Positions 25,033 to 35,186 of a stretch of 52,351 nt of DNA are shown piece after piece. The stretch spans positions 1-52,351 of IMG/VR virus record IMGVR_UViG_3300017774_001562, one strand, 5' to 3'. A program made the translations under genes and the position numbers. The notes under the pieces were generated by a model. The model worked only from the letters and a program-made list of their open reading frames with translations. It ran no database searches and was not told the DNA's origin. The first letter of the stretch is position 1, and each line of letters begins with the position of its first letter. This DNA comes from a virus (lineage: Duplodnaviria; Caudoviricetes).

Positions 25033-26664
25033 TTATTTATCCGAACTACTACTTACAGATGCTTTTGGTGCTGCAGGTGGTGGAGGTGGCGTTGCGGAAA
25101 TCTCTAGTGCTTGAGCATTCATTTTATTGGTGTGTACTGGATCACTAGTCATTCCACTTCCAATATCAAGTTTCATTTGTTTATCAATTTCTTCAAATTC
25201 TATATCTGATTGTCTTAGAATTTGCTTTCTTACATATTCAATAGAAAAATATTTTCCAACAAAAGGATCTACTTTCATTAAAATATCGAGACGAGTATTC
25301 ATTAACTCTGCGTCTCTTAATTCAGAAAAATGATTATCAAAAAGAAAATCATACTGAATGTTTTCTTCCATATCTTCCCAGTCTTCTGGTGTGATAATTC
25401 CTTTTAAAATTAATTGTGTTTTAAGAATATCATGAAAAATAAAAGCAAATTTTTTGCGAAGTCTACCGACAAATTTATTAAACTTTAATTCATCTCTAAG
25501 TACTTCTGTAGTTTTTCCAAGATTAAATCCTTTGTTATCATCGGTAAGGCGAGAGGGTGGTAAGTTGAGAGAGTTGTATAGTTTCTTTTTAAAATACTCA
25601 ACATCTTTGAGCTCGCCTAAATTTTGACCACCTGGAAGTGTAGTGATTTCTGTTCCTCTACCACCTTCACGACGAGGTAACCAGAAATCTTCAAGCATAC
25701 TCATATGCTTTTTATCGTCACGGATTTCTCCTGTTTGTGCATCGTATACCAGTTTGTTACGATAACGATTCATTGTCTCTCTTAAGTATTGCTCTGCTTT
25801 TACTTTAGGTAAATTGCCAACATCAATATAAAAAATTCTTCTTTCTGGAGCACGAGACATTCTATAGATAACCAAAGAATCTTCAATCATACGTATTTGA
25901 TTGAGTGCTTTGATTGATTTATGTAAATAACTAAGATTCATTTTTTTGTTTAAATCCATCAATCCACATGGAGCGAATGTGATAGAGTCAGCAGCAAATC
26001 TCATACCACCTTGCATTGGATCTGGTCCACCAGCAAAGCTAATAAATCCTTTTGGATTATACAGATAATATTCTACAAATTCTCCAAAGTCATAAGCATC
26101 AGCAGTTTGCGCTATATCTCCTCTGCTTACTAGTTGTTGACTATTTCTTTCTCTATCTTGTATTCTTTGTTTTACTTTTTTAATTTTAAGTGGATCAATA
26201 AATCTTAATTCGGTGATACCTGCTTTTGGATTTGCTAAATCTACTACTTTATGATAATAAGATCTTCCGTCAACATACCAACCACGAAATATTTCATGTC
26301 CTTTTTTATCAAAATTTAAAAGTTTTTTTACATAATTAAATTCTGTTCTGATTTTATTTTTAATTCCGTCACCAACTTCTAAATTAGATAACTCAATAGA
26401 AACTGATGATTGATTTTCATTACTCACAATTGCTTCGTTAACGATTTCGTCTACCGCACTATCAACTTCTGGATGCAATGCCATATCACGATAGCGCCTA
26501 ATAAGATCAAACTCATTACGCGCTATTCCTTCTATGTCTACATAATGACCAAAATAACCACCAGCAACTGTAGCCACTCCATCATCTTGGCTTGGTGGAA
26601 TTGGCGATTGTCCTTTTGGTTTTGAGACAACCCCATTAATCGAAAATCCAAATAGTTGACTCAT
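25033..26664 (-). CDS. gp20: Portal protein
   Basis: WYVDGR, RAPERRIFYIDVGNLPK, EDFWLPRREGGRGTEITTLPGG. Confidence 0.99.
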   Translation of the reverse strand: MSQLFGFSINGVVSKPKGQSPIPPSQDDGVATVAGGYFGHYVDIEGIARNEFDLIRRYRDMALHPEVDSAVDEIVNEAIVSNENQSSVSIELSNLEVGDGIKNKIRTEFNYVKKLLNFDKKGHEIFRGWYVDGRSYYHKVVDLANPKAGITELRFIDPLKIKKVKQRIQDRERNSQQLVSRGDIAQTADAYDFGEFVEYYLYNPKGFISFAGGPDPMQGGMRFAADSITFAPCGLMDLNKKMNLSYLHKSIKALNQIRMIEDSLVIYRMSRAPERRIFYIDVGNLPKVKAEQYLRETMNRYRNKLVYDAQTGEIRDDKKHMSMLEDFWLPRREGGRGTEITTLPGGQNLGELKDVEYFKKKLYNSLNLPPSRLTDDNKGFNLGKTTEVLRDELKFNKFVGRLRKKFAFIFHDILKTQLILKGIITPEDWEDMEENIQYDFLFDNHFSELRDAELMNTRLDILMKVDPFVGKYFSIEYVRKQILRQSDIEFEEIDKQMKLDIGSGMTSDPVHTNKMNAQALEISATPPPPPAAPKASVSSSSDK

Positions 26665-26685
26665 TTTAAAACATTACTGATATAC

Positions 26686-26692
26686 TATTTAT
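26686..26692 (-). promoter_or_regulatory. Late promoter ATAAATA for gp20
   Basis: Motif about 22 nt upstream of the start. Confidence 0.7.
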
Positions 26693-27279
26693 TAAACAAT
26701 TGCACCGCTTCCTGTAGCAGTTGTTCCTGCTTTAGCAGTCCAGTATTGAATTTGGAATTCTACAGTAAAATCTTCAATTTGATCATTACTATCGTAAGCA
26801 AGATCAATTTGAGAAATATTAGTTGGGAAACAACCTTTAAACAAATATTCTCTTAATATAGAACCAGCATCTGTAGAATCTCTTTCTAGTTGCTTGACTG
26901 TTAAATCAGCCATGTAACCAGTACTTGAACTATCTGTTAGGAAAGCAGCAGCAGTATTTGCTTCATGCTTATTAATATTTTCCATCCATTTTTCAAATCC
27001 ATGACGGATTGTGAAATTTCGATCAGCAATAAATGTAGCAGTCCAAGTATCGAATGTTCTATCTCCTGCAATTTTTACTGTTCTTCCTCTAAATGGGACT
27101 TCTATAACACCCAAATTAGAAGCTGGAAGTGCAGCAGATTTGCAAAGCAAATCTACGGTATCTGAAGTTGGTGCTGGAGTCAGGCTTCCTGGATAATTAA
27201 AACTTACTAGGAATAAATTATTTTTAACTCCTTGTTTTACTGTGTTTAAAAATGTACTTACGCTACTAGTGATTGCCAT
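26692..27279 (-). CDS. gp19: Tail tube protein
   Basis: CKSAALPAS, PFRGRTVKIAGDRTFDTW, FPTNIS, IEDFTVEF. Confidence 0.97.
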   Translation of the reverse strand: MAITSSVSTFLNTVKQGVKNNLFLVSFNYPGSLTPAPTSDTVDLLCKSAALPASNLGVIEVPFRGRTVKIAGDRTFDTWTATFIADRNFTIRHGFEKWMENINKHEANTAAAFLTDSSSTGYMADLTVKQLERDSTDAGSILREYLFKGCFPTNISQIDLAYDSNDQIEDFTVEFQIQYWTAKAGTTATGSGAIV

Positions 27280-27311
27280 TGTTTTTACCTTTTGTGATGA
27301 TGTTTATAAAG

Positions 27312-28970
27312 TTAAACTTGTCCTGTTACTTCAGCAAACGAAGTGCCTGTCTTGGTAGCAACGAATGTAATGGTGATATAATTAATTGATCTTGATGGCT
27401 TTACATAAATTTCAGCAACAAATTCATTTCTATCAATTACATCTGGTGTGTTGTTTGTATCATCACAAACAACCAAATAATCAGTAACACCACGTTTTGC
27501 TTGTACTTCAGTCATGTAGGTATTAACAGTAGTGAAGAATGAATTTCGTGTAGTTGTATCGTTTAACTCAAACAATACTGTTTTTGCAACAGATCCAATT
27601 CTTCTTTCAAGCGCAAGGAATAAACGACGCACGTTAATTCTATCAAAAGCACTTGGAGTACTAAGAGCAGTTTTATCTCCAAACAACACAATTCCTTGAC
27701 CAGGAAATGATGTGATTGGATTAATTCTGTTTTGATATAATTCGTCTCTATCAGTTTTAGATGGAGTGTATGCTAGTTTAATAGCATTTCTTAAATTTCC
27801 TCTTTGAAGTCCAGCGGGTGAAAACCAATCTTCAAGAGTTGCTGATGTTTGCACACACAATCCAGCAACATCTCCGTTACAAGGAATGTAACGATATACG
27901 TCATTGTAACGATCATAGATATACTTATATCCACTATCAAACACTGCGTATGAAGTGCTGGTTACATTACTGAAGTATGCAATGATTGCATCTTTTTGGG
28001 CAGAAGAATCTGACAAACTAACAAATGACCTATAGGGTGAGATGAAAGCAACACAATCTTTTCTGTTTGCAGCAATTGAAATTGCTTTTAATGCTTTAGT
28101 TTTTGTTGCATCTCCTGGTGTTGCTCCATAAGAAATACTACCACCACCAAGAATAAAGTCAATTGCGATATCTTCGACATTTTCAAACTTTGCATATGCT
28201 GCTTCTAAAGCAGAAGTTGCTGCTTGATATCCGTCTGCTCCTCCATCCAAAGAAAAATCTAAATCACCTGCGGCAACCGTTTCGTCAGCAAAAACATATC
28301 TTGATCTTCTATTAATGACATTAGGATAGAAGTTTGTTTCTCCTTCCGAGTTTACTGCAGTTGCAACTCTAGAAGTAAATGTAAAACTTTCTAGTAATGT
28401 GCCTGGAGTACCTGTAACAACACCGCCTTCATCGATAACTACAACGTGGCAAGTATCTGTGTCTACTGGTCTTGTTGCAATAGAAGACCATTTAGAAGTT
28501 GCATGATATGTTGCAGTTAGATAAGCAGTTGATGATATACTACCATCAATAGTAGATACCTTAAGTGAACTACCCCATGTGCCAGCAGTGCGAGCAGCAA
28601 ATTTATATGTTGTTGTTCCTTTCTGTGCTTCAAAATCCGAGAAAGAAGTAATTAGTGGAGCATTTGGAGCTTGTGTATCATAGTCAGTAACAGCATTTTT
28701 TAATGCTGAATCTGCAACTCTAACTACTTGAAGTTGTCCACCGTAACTTAAAAATGTTGATGCAACATACCAGTCTTCAAAATTATTTCCATTTGGTCTT
28801 CCAAATGTATCGACTAATTGTTTTTCTGATGTTATTGAAGTAATTACGTTTACTGGTCCTTTTTCAAAGACGCCAACAATAGCAGCAGTATTTGCTTGAG
28901 TAGCTACTGCTACTGAGTTAGTTAAATCGCGTTCTCTTAATACAATTCCAGGTGATACTTGACCAGCCAT
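27312..28970 (-). CDS. gp18: Tail sheath protein
   Basis: SPGIVLRERD, WFSPAG, GDKT..SAFDRINVRRLF, CDDTNNTPDVID. Confidence 0.97.
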   Translation of the reverse strand: MAGQVSPGIVLRERDLTNSVAVATQANTAAIVGVFEKGPVNVITSITSEKQLVDTFGRPNGNNFEDWYVASTFLSYGGQLQVVRVADSALKNAVTDYDTQAPNAPLITSFSDFEAQKGTTTYKFAARTAGTWGSSLKVSTIDGSISSTAYLTATYHATSKWSSIATRPVDTDTCHVVVIDEGGVVTGTPGTLLESFTFTSRVATAVNSEGETNFYPNVINRRSRYVFADETVAAGDLDFSLDGGADGYQAATSALEAAYAKFENVEDIAIDFILGGGSISYGATPGDATKTKALKAISIAANRKDCVAFISPYRSFVSLSDSSAQKDAIIAYFSNVTSTSYAVFDSGYKYIYDRYNDVYRYIPCNGDVAGLCVQTSATLEDWFSPAGLQRGNLRNAIKLAYTPSKTDRDELYQNRINPITSFPGQGIVLFGDKTALSTPSAFDRINVRRLFLALERRIGSVAKTVLFELNDTTTRNSFFTTVNTYMTEVQAKRGVTDYLVVCDDTNNTPDVIDRNEFVAEIYVKPSRSINYITITFVATKTGTSFAEVTGQV

Positions 28971-29007
28971 ATTTATCTCCCTATAGAAATCATTTTTGAT
29001 CTACAAA

Positions 29008-29014
29008 TATTTAT
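29008..29014 (-). promoter_or_regulatory. Late promoter ATAAATA for gp18
   Basis: Motif in the intergenic gap. Confidence 0.75.
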
Positions 29015-29064
29015 TAAAAAGATGATTTCAAAACACTGAAATTTGCATGAACTATGCACGAACA

Positions 29065-29292
29065 TTACCAATTAGGATATCTTTCTTCAGGAAGATACTG
29101 TCCATTTCGCAATGATATAATTCTTTGCGCTGCACAAGTCTTACATTCGTAAGAATATGAAGATGGCAAATGTTTTTTTAACTTGCGAATAGGATAATAA
29201 TCTGATAATAAATCTTTAACTTCTTTGCAGATACTACATTTTCTTTCTTTGAAAAGTAAATGCGACAAAGAAACTTGATCTTCTAAATCCAT
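29065..29292 (-). CDS. Small zinc-finger hypothetical protein
   Basis: CxxC (CSIC) and CxxC (CKTC); start overlaps the gp17 stop. Confidence 0.8.
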   Translation of the reverse strand: MDLEDQVSLSHLLFKERKCSICKEVKDLLSDYYPIRKLKKHLPSSYSYECKTCAAQRIISLRNGQYLPEERYPNW

Positions 29293-30956
29293 CAGTAATT
29301 CATCATATATGATACGTCTGTAGCTACATCTCCATATTCATCTAGATGCCAAACATCTCCATTTTCATCAACAAATTTAGATTCTTCGTCTTCTAATCCA
29401 TTCGAAACAAATCCAAATGGTGCCATATCTTGTTCTATTTGATTTGCTTGATCATCATATATTCTTTTCCTGACATCATTATCAGTCATTTCTTTAAAAT
29501 ATGGTTGCACTGCTAACCACGCAAATATAACTAAACACATTACTAAGTCATCATTGTGACCGTCATCTGCTTCAAACGATTGATTTTTTTGAATGAATGT
29601 AGTTAACTCACTAATGATTTCGTAATCAGTAATTATTAACTTATCATCTTCAATCAAAGTTTTTAAATTTGAGCATCCAATCTTCTTAGTTACCTTAGAC
29701 ATCTTCAAACCTAGTTGCGATTTAGTGCCAGAGAATCCTTGGCCTACAATCTGCCCTGCTCTGCCACGCATAGCGCACATCAATACATTTGGATATTCTA
29801 AATCGTAGTGAAGAATATTACCAACTTGCTCTCCAATATCGTTTATCTCAATAAGAATATATGCTTTGTTATAATTTCGAGCAACTTGATCTATAATATT
29901 GGGAAATAAAATTGGTTTAATTTCGTTATTTCGATACTTAGCAACTATTTTCCAAGGCAAAGTAGTTATATCAAACACAACAAAAGCGGAGTAATCATTG
30001 CTAGTACCTCGCGAAACATCAACCGTTATGATATAATCTTTTTCTGCAATTACTTTTTCATATACTTTAAGACCTTTATTATTATCTTGTATGGGGTCTT
30101 CAAAAACCATAGATCGTAACTTAGCTGCAGATATAAGAGTATCAACTGACCCTAAAAATTCGCATTCAAACTCCTGAGTAAATTGACGAGCAGAAGTATT
30201 TCTAATTGTTTCTTCTCTCCAAGCTGCATCTCTACCAGGCACTTGAGACCAGTGTACTTCTAACGGCACGTAACCATTTTTGCCACGCTCAGCATCGTGC
30301 CACAACTTGTAAAACATATTCATACCCTGTGGGGTAGAAATAATAATAACCTTTGTCGTCTTACCAGATGAAATAGTAGGATACACAGAACTAAAAAATT
30401 GCTCTGCGATATGATTAGGAATAAACGCAAACTCGTCAAGGAAAATAATATTGAATGAGTTTCCTCTAACAGCGCTAGAAGACGTTGATGCAGCAATAAT
30501 TTTACTATTATTTTCTAACTGCATAGATCCTTTATTCCATTCCAAAACTCCCATTTGCATCCACTTGGGGAGATTTTCATACGCTAGTTGCAAACGAGAT
30601 AATAATTCTCTGGAAGTTTCTGCCTTGTTTGCTAGAATAGCAATCTTCACATTGTCGTTAAACAATGCATAATGTAATAGATAAGAAATAACAGTAGTTG
30701 ATTTTCCTGTTTGCCTAGGCAACTTTGCAATATTAAATCTATTATTATGAAAATTATCAATTAACTTTTCTTGAAAGTCATACATTTTAAATGGTACAAG
30801 ACCCTCATCAAGAGAAACAATTTTCATATATTCTCTAGCAAAATACACTGGATTATCTTTACATTTGATAAATTCCTGTATTTGTTTTTTTGTGAAGTTA
30901 ATTGATGTATTTGCTTTTTTTAAATTTGGATTACCCAAATAAACTGCATCATTCAT
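29292..30956 (-). CDS. gp17: Terminase large subunit
   Basis: PRQTGKST, FLDEFAF, ISTPQG, DVSRG, DDLVM. Confidence 0.98.
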   Translation of the reverse strand: MNDAVYLGNPNLKKANTSINFTKKQIQEFIKCKDNPVYFAREYMKIVSLDEGLVPFKMYDFQEKLIDNFHNNRFNIAKLPRQTGKSTTVISYLLHYALFNDNVKIAILANKAETSRELLSRLQLAYENLPKWMQMGVLEWNKGSMQLENNSKIIAASTSSSAVRGNSFNIIFLDEFAFIPNHIAEQFFSSVYPTISSGKTTKVIIISTPQGMNMFYKLWHDAERGKNGYVPLEVHWSQVPGRDAAWREETIRNTSARQFTQEFECEFLGSVDTLISAAKLRSMVFEDPIQDNNKGLKVYEKVIAEKDYIITVDVSRGTSNDYSAFVVFDITTLPWKIVAKYRNNEIKPILFPNIIDQVARNYNKAYILIEINDIGEQVGNILHYDLEYPNVLMCAMRGRAGQIVGQGFSGTKSQLGLKMSKVTKKIGCSNLKTLIEDDKLIITDYEIISELTTFIQKNQSFEADDGHNDDLVMCLVIFAWLAVQPYFKEMTDNDVRKRIYDDQANQIEQDMAPFGFVSNGLEDEESKFVDENGDVWHLDEYGDVATDVSYMMNY

Positions 30957-31188
30957 AATCTTTTAATTTCTCCATGTCTCTCTCAAATGATTCCAATGCT
31001 TCAAATCTTTTTGCCCATCCATCACCTTTTGTGGTGCCTTTTGCTGGGTTAATACATTCATCTGATTTAACCATGTCACACACCAATGATGCTAATTCTG
31101 TTTCATTCCCAAGTTTAGCAGTGCCAGACCAATAGTGCTGGCCCCATATCCAGCAAGCACCACATTTAGAACATTGTTTAGTATCCAT
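30949..31188 (-). CDS. Small Cys-rich hypothetical protein
   Basis: CSKC...QHYWSGT...LVC....CINP; overlaps the gp17 start. Confidence 0.75.
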   Translation of the reverse strand: MDTKQCSKCGACWIWGQHYWSGTAKLGNETELASLVCDMVKSDECINPAKGTTKGDGWAKRFEALESFERDMEKLKDYE

Positions 31189-31189
31189 A

Positions 31190-31279
31190 TTATTTAATAA
31201 ATGCCTCAGATAAAGCCCAGTAAATACTGGTAAAAATAATTGCGTATAATGAAAGAGCAGTAATTAATATATTGACCAT
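31190..31279 (-). CDS. 29-aa single-TM peptide (MVNILITALSLYAIIFTSIYWALSEAFIK)
   Basis: Hand-translated; fits the gap with 1 nt spare on each side. Confidence 0.6.
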   Translation of the reverse strand: MVNILITALSLYAIIFTSIYWALSEAFIK

Positions 31280-31280
31280 A

Positions 31281-31580
31281 TCAACAATTCCATGCTCTTA
31301 GTGATTTAGATAGACGGTCTTCGCCAGTGTTATTACTATCTTTTTGTCTCTTACGCATTCCTTTCATACGAGCACAAAATGATTTCCTGCGAGGATTTCC
31401 AACCTTCTTTGAAGGTGCTTTAAGGTCGCTTCCAGGATTTGCTTTCTCGTATGACTTTCTACCTTTTTCATTCAGACCACCTTCTGAATTCTTACCAGAC
31501 TTTTTTGTCCAGGCAGCACCCTCTTCCAAAGAAGTTTCGTATGCGTTGAGCTGCTCTCGTAACTCGGTAAACGTTTTCAT
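31281..31580 (-). CDS. Basic hypothetical protein (DUF6321-like)
   Basis: AWTKKSGKNSEGGLNEKGRKSY...RRKSFCARM...SLRAWNC; the MKTF..L..E type N-terminus suggests a processed head protein. Confidence 0.8.
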   Translation of the reverse strand: MKTFTELREQLNAYETSLEEGAAWTKKSGKNSEGGLNEKGRKSYEKANPGSDLKAPSKKVGNPRRKSFCARMKGMRKRQKDSNNTGEDRLSKSLRAWNC

Positions 31581-31852
31581 CCTTGATAAGAAACAGCAAC
31601 AGCTCTCACATCGTCATTAGAAGCAAACATTTTTTGAGTAGTAAGTTTTCGGATTACTAAAGATTCACCTGGAGCAATACTGAAAGTTGCTACCGTCGTT
31701 GGTGATGCTTCTCCATCGGTAATTGATACCAGGTGTGGTGTATTTCCTCCAGCATCGTGAAACACACGAACTTCAGTAGCACCTCCAATAGTAGAAGCAG
31801 CACCAGTTGTTACGGGTAGAGCAATTTCAGTTCCTAAAATTTTAAGTCTCAT
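31577..31852 (-). CDS. Hypothetical late protein
   Basis: 91 aa, beta-rich; ATAAATA at 31873-31879 upstream. Confidence 0.75.
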   Translation of the reverse strand: MRLKILGTEIALPVTTGAASTIGGATEVRVFHDAGGNTPHLVSITDGEASPTTVATFSIAPGESLVIRKLTTQKMFASNDDVRAVAVSYQG

Positions 31853-31875
31853 ATGATATACCTTTTATGTTATAT

Positions 31876-32280
31876 TTATTCTTCTACCTTTCCACGCTTA
31901 AGCATTTGTTGAAGGTCTGCAGTGCTTCCTAAAAAAATTGCATTGTTAGTTACAGAAGTTGGACTTTTTTTAGACTCATCTTTGTTTAAATTTTTCATCT
32001 TCTGTTGCAGATCTATTAATTTATCAGCTATGTCTGAGACTTGTTTTATAGCGTTTACAGCAACCTCATACGCTCTTGGGTGCCCTGATTCTTGTGCAAC
32101 CTCTAATGCGCCTTGCACCGCTTCCTGCCCCTTGCTGAGAAGGTTATACAATTCTCCTCTTGTATAATTATAATCTTTTTCTATATCGTGATTTTCTGTA
32201 GTAATAGGTATAATTTTTTCGTCTAATTTTGCTGTTTCTATATCAAAAATCTCTTCCATATTATTATTAAATTTACTCAT
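31876..32280 (-). CDS. gp16: Terminase small subunit
   Basis: DYNYTR, HPRAYEV, NNAIFLGSTADLQ. Confidence 0.93.
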   Translation of the reverse strand: MSKFNNNMEEIFDIETAKLDEKIIPITTENHDIEKDYNYTRGELYNLLSKGQEAVQGALEVAQESGHPRAYEVAVNAIKQVSDIADKLIDLQQKMKNLNKDESKKSPTSVTNNAIFLGSTADLQQMLKRGKVEE

Positions 32281-33077
32281 AGTAATGTTATACCTTCATT
32301 AAATCCAAAATCATCATCTGCAGTAAGTAATAACGTATCAGTATTGTTTATTAGACCATCATTATTAATATCTGTTAATGCTTCTGGTTGGACTGTATAT
32401 CTTATAGATCGTTTATGTACTGCTAAATTACCAAGTGAAGTATCAACAATTGCTTTGCGAATAATATCAGCGTTAACAACTGGACCGTAAAGATAACTTT
32501 TTGCTGTAAATTCTAAAGTGTATACTATGCTTCGTCTTACTATAAAGTCATCTTCGTATTCATCATCATAATTAATAGAATTTAATACATAAGCAATATC
32601 TCTACTTTCGTCCATCTCTGGAATCATTTCAATAGTAATATTGAAAGATGGTTGAAAGTATGGCAGAATTTGTTCTATAATTTGCAAAGCATCGTCTTGT
32701 GATTTTGATATAATGCCTAATTGAAATCCAATATTATAAGGCACTGGCATATATTGTGTTTTTACTCCAGTGCTAGATCCAGATTCTTTTAAATATTTTA
32801 AAATTGGACTTGTTTTTCTAGATGGATCATAATTTATTGAAGTCATTTCAAACGAAATTCTTGGTAATGTAATACCAACTTTACGACCTACATCTGGATT
32901 TTGCTCCAATCTAGCTAGGTATTTATTTTTTGGGCCATAAGCAATAGCAACTTTTTGACGCTCAATTTCCACACCAGACTGTGGATCTTTTTTAATTATT
33001 TGAATGTTATTAAACAGTGTGCCAAATCCAACAACTGTTTTTTTAATACATGAATGATAAAAATGATTACCTAACAT
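32277..33077 (-). CDS. gp15: Tail sheath stabiliser / completion protein
   Basis: GFGTLFNNI, LPRISFEM, QIIEQILPYFQP, YLYGP. Confidence 0.95.
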   Translation of the reverse strand: MLGNHFYHSCIKKTVVGFGTLFNNIQIIKKDPQSGVEIERQKVAIAYGPKNKYLARLEQNPDVGRKVGITLPRISFEMTSINYDPSRKTSPILKYLKESGSSTGVKTQYMPVPYNIGFQLGIISKSQDDALQIIEQILPYFQPSFNITIEMIPEMDESRDIAYVLNSINYDDEYEDDFIVRRSIVYTLEFTAKSYLYGPVVNADIIRKAIVDTSLGNLAVHKRSIRYTVQPEALTDINNDGLINNTDTLLLTADDDFGFNEGITLL

Positions 33078-33991
33078 TAGAATGATCCTCCGATATCTCC
33101 AAATTCACCAAACGGATTTCCTTCCTCAAAATCAATGAGATCGTCTGCCGAATCTTCAAAATATTTATTTTGTGCAAAATCATTATTTTCTAACTCTATA
33201 TCGATTGTAGAGAAACTATCAACAACATGTGTAGCACCACTGGTTTGCCCGATTAAACTGACATTAAGTGCTAGATTACCATTTATATATGTTAGTTTTA
33301 ATAATCGTTGTGCTGGTTCCCAATCAGCAACAGTAGCCGTTACTGTAACGGGAGTAAGTGAATTTGGTGGCGTATATGTTTGATTAACTTTTTCTTGTAT
33401 ATTATAATTGCCTGTGCCATTAACTTTTAAATATACAGGAAATGCATATGCATCTTGGTTATTTTTACTAATGCTATCAAGATTTGCATTTCCTGTTTCA
33501 AATATTGCATTACCTGCTTCATAAATTTCTGCTGTCATTGTAAAGTAATAAATTTTTCCTAACTGGTAGAATGGTGATTCTCTTTCTACAAATTTAATTT
33601 CATAAAAATCATCAGTTAAAGAATAATAAATTAAATCTCCTTCGTTTGGTCTTGATGGCACTTTTAAAGTGATTTCTTTACTTACCACATCTTCCCAACG
33701 ACGTTGAGAAACAATAAACGTAATTTCATCAGTAACTCTCAAACCAAACTTAGAAATAAATTCTGATTGTGCACCAAAACCTTCTACGTTTACAAGATAC
33801 ATTTCAATTAAATATGCTTCTTTAAATCGAGACATTACTACGTCTCCTAAAGATCTATCAATGAGCATTTGACGAGGAATATAAAAAACCTCAGCACCAA
33901 ATAATTTTAATTGCTCGTCAACTAAATCTTGTATTAAAGTTTGCTCTGGCGATATTCCACCGTGTTGTGGAAAATATACACTTTTTGCCAT
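33077..33991 (-). CDS. gp14: Neck protein
   Basis: SKFGL, RPNEGDLIY, PFYQLGK, NPFG. Confidence 0.94.
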   Translation of the reverse strand: MAKSVYFPQHGGISPEQTLIQDLVDEQLKLFGAEVFYIPRQMLIDRSLGDVVMSRFKEAYLIEMYLVNVEGFGAQSEFISKFGLRVTDEITFIVSQRRWEDVVSKEITLKVPSRPNEGDLIYYSLTDDFYEIKFVERESPFYQLGKIYYFTMTAEIYEAGNAIFETGNANLDSISKNNQDAYAFPVYLKVNGTGNYNIQEKVNQTYTPPNSLTPVTVTATVADWEPAQRLLKLTYINGNLALNVSLIGQTSGATHVVDSFSTIDIELENNDFAQNKYFEDSADDLIDFEEGNPFGEFGDIGGSF

Positions 33992-33992
33992 A

Positions 33993-34805
33993 TTAACCTG
34001 TCAAAAAGTTTGGTGGTAATTCATATTCCGATTGCATTTTGTTTTCAATATCAGCAATTTCCGCTTTTCCTTCTTCGTATAATTTTTCTCCATTGAGAGA
34101 AACTCCACCAGGAAGTTGCACTCCATTAAATTTGATAAGGTTTTGCCCCCATTGTTTTTTAATTTGTGCAGAAATATAACGTTTTAAAAAACTATCATTA
34201 AATATTTTTACATAATCATTTGGGTTGAGTGCTCGATAACATTCAACAACAATGATTCTATCTTTGGTGATAGTTTTAGGTTCATAATCAATATACAAAC
34301 GATTTTGACGTTTGGTATATCGCAACTGAATCATAGACCCAGTATTTAAAACCATATCTAATGTTTCCAGATATGATTTCGTCATGTAATAGTTTAAAAT
34401 ATCAAGCGATCCAAATGCATAAAGATCATTAAGAAACATTTGATATTCGATACCAAACAAATCACCACGAATAGAAGAAGAGACAAACGAAAATAATCTT
34501 TCTACTCCAATAATATGATCTGGCACTTCTAAGTAATTATTACGCTCTTCCCAAGTATCACCATTCGAAGAAGTGGTGATAGCATTACTTGTTTGAAATC
34601 TGGTTACATCTGCTTCAGTAAATTTATGTTTAAGAAACATTTTTTCAACGCCATCCGAATGTCTCTCATTGAAATACTGCAAAGACATATCAATAAGATC
34701 TTCAATCTGATCTTCATCAACGTTAATCTCTAGAACAGGAGCTCCCAATCTACGAAGACAATATTCTTTTAATTCTTCTCTTGTAGCTGGTTGAGATTTT
34801 GACAT
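33993..34805 (-). CDS. gp13: Neck protein
   Basis: YCLRRLGAPVLEINV, KKQWGQNLIKF..VQLPGG. Confidence 0.95.
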   Translation of the reverse strand: MSKSQPATREELKEYCLRRLGAPVLEINVDEDQIEDLIDMSLQYFNERHSDGVEKMFLKHKFTEADVTRFQTSNAITTSSNGDTWEERNNYLEVPDHIIGVERLFSFVSSSIRGDLFGIEYQMFLNDLYAFGSLDILNYYMTKSYLETLDMVLNTGSMIQLRYTKRQNRLYIDYEPKTITKDRIIVVECYRALNPNDYVKIFNDSFLKRYISAQIKKQWGQNLIKFNGVQLPGGVSLNGEKLYEEGKAEIADIENKMQSEYELPPNFLTG

Positions 34806-35146
34806 TAACTAACTCCAGGAGTCACTGTTGCAATACCTTCGATAACTCTACGTTTATCTCCAGTGCTGGAAATAATAACTAGATCATAAACATATCTTCC
34901 TTGCTTCAACAATCCAGTAGCTGAATTTGATAAAGATAATTTAATTTTTCCTGCCGATCTATTTGTAAAAGTAACTTGTAAGTTACTAAAACTTGTTGCT
35001 GTGTAAGATTTTTTTAATTTCGATACTGCGGTATACGAAGTTAAATTTAAAGGAACGTTAATATTGTTATATACAGGAATAATAAATTCTTCTGATTCGA
35101 AATTAGTACCTTGCTCTATAAGCAAATTAGTTGGTATTGCTGCCAT
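34805..35146 (-). CDS. Hypothetical virion protein (BppU-N/Ig-like); start probably 35146
   Basis: GKIKLSL..T..L..GRYVYD...RVIEG..TVTPGVS; a TATAAATA lies inside the track's longer 5' extension. Confidence 0.75.
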   Translation of the reverse strand: MAAIPTNLLIEQGTNFESEEFIIPVYNNINVPLNLTSYTAVSKLKKSYTATSFSNLQVTFTNRSAGKIKLSLSNSATGLLKQGRYVYDLVIISSTGDKRRVIEGIATVTPGVS

Positions 35147-35172
35147 AGTTAAAGTAATACTAAATCCATAAT

Positions 35173-35180
35173 TATTTATA
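35173..35180 (-). promoter_or_regulatory. Late promoter TATAAATA for the neck-gene operon
   Basis: Exact consensus just after a terminator. Confidence 0.85.
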
Positions 35181-35186
35181 AACAAT

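Noticed and set aside
998-30956. Introns, inteins or homing endonucleases in gp41, gp43, gp17, gp20 or uvsW
   Set aside because: All are continuous, of normal length, and lack splicing motifs.
35147-35185. Track start sites at 35185, 11638 and 6267
   Set aside because: They overlap a promoter or the upstream gene; downstream ATGs at 35146, 11593 and 6237 fit better.
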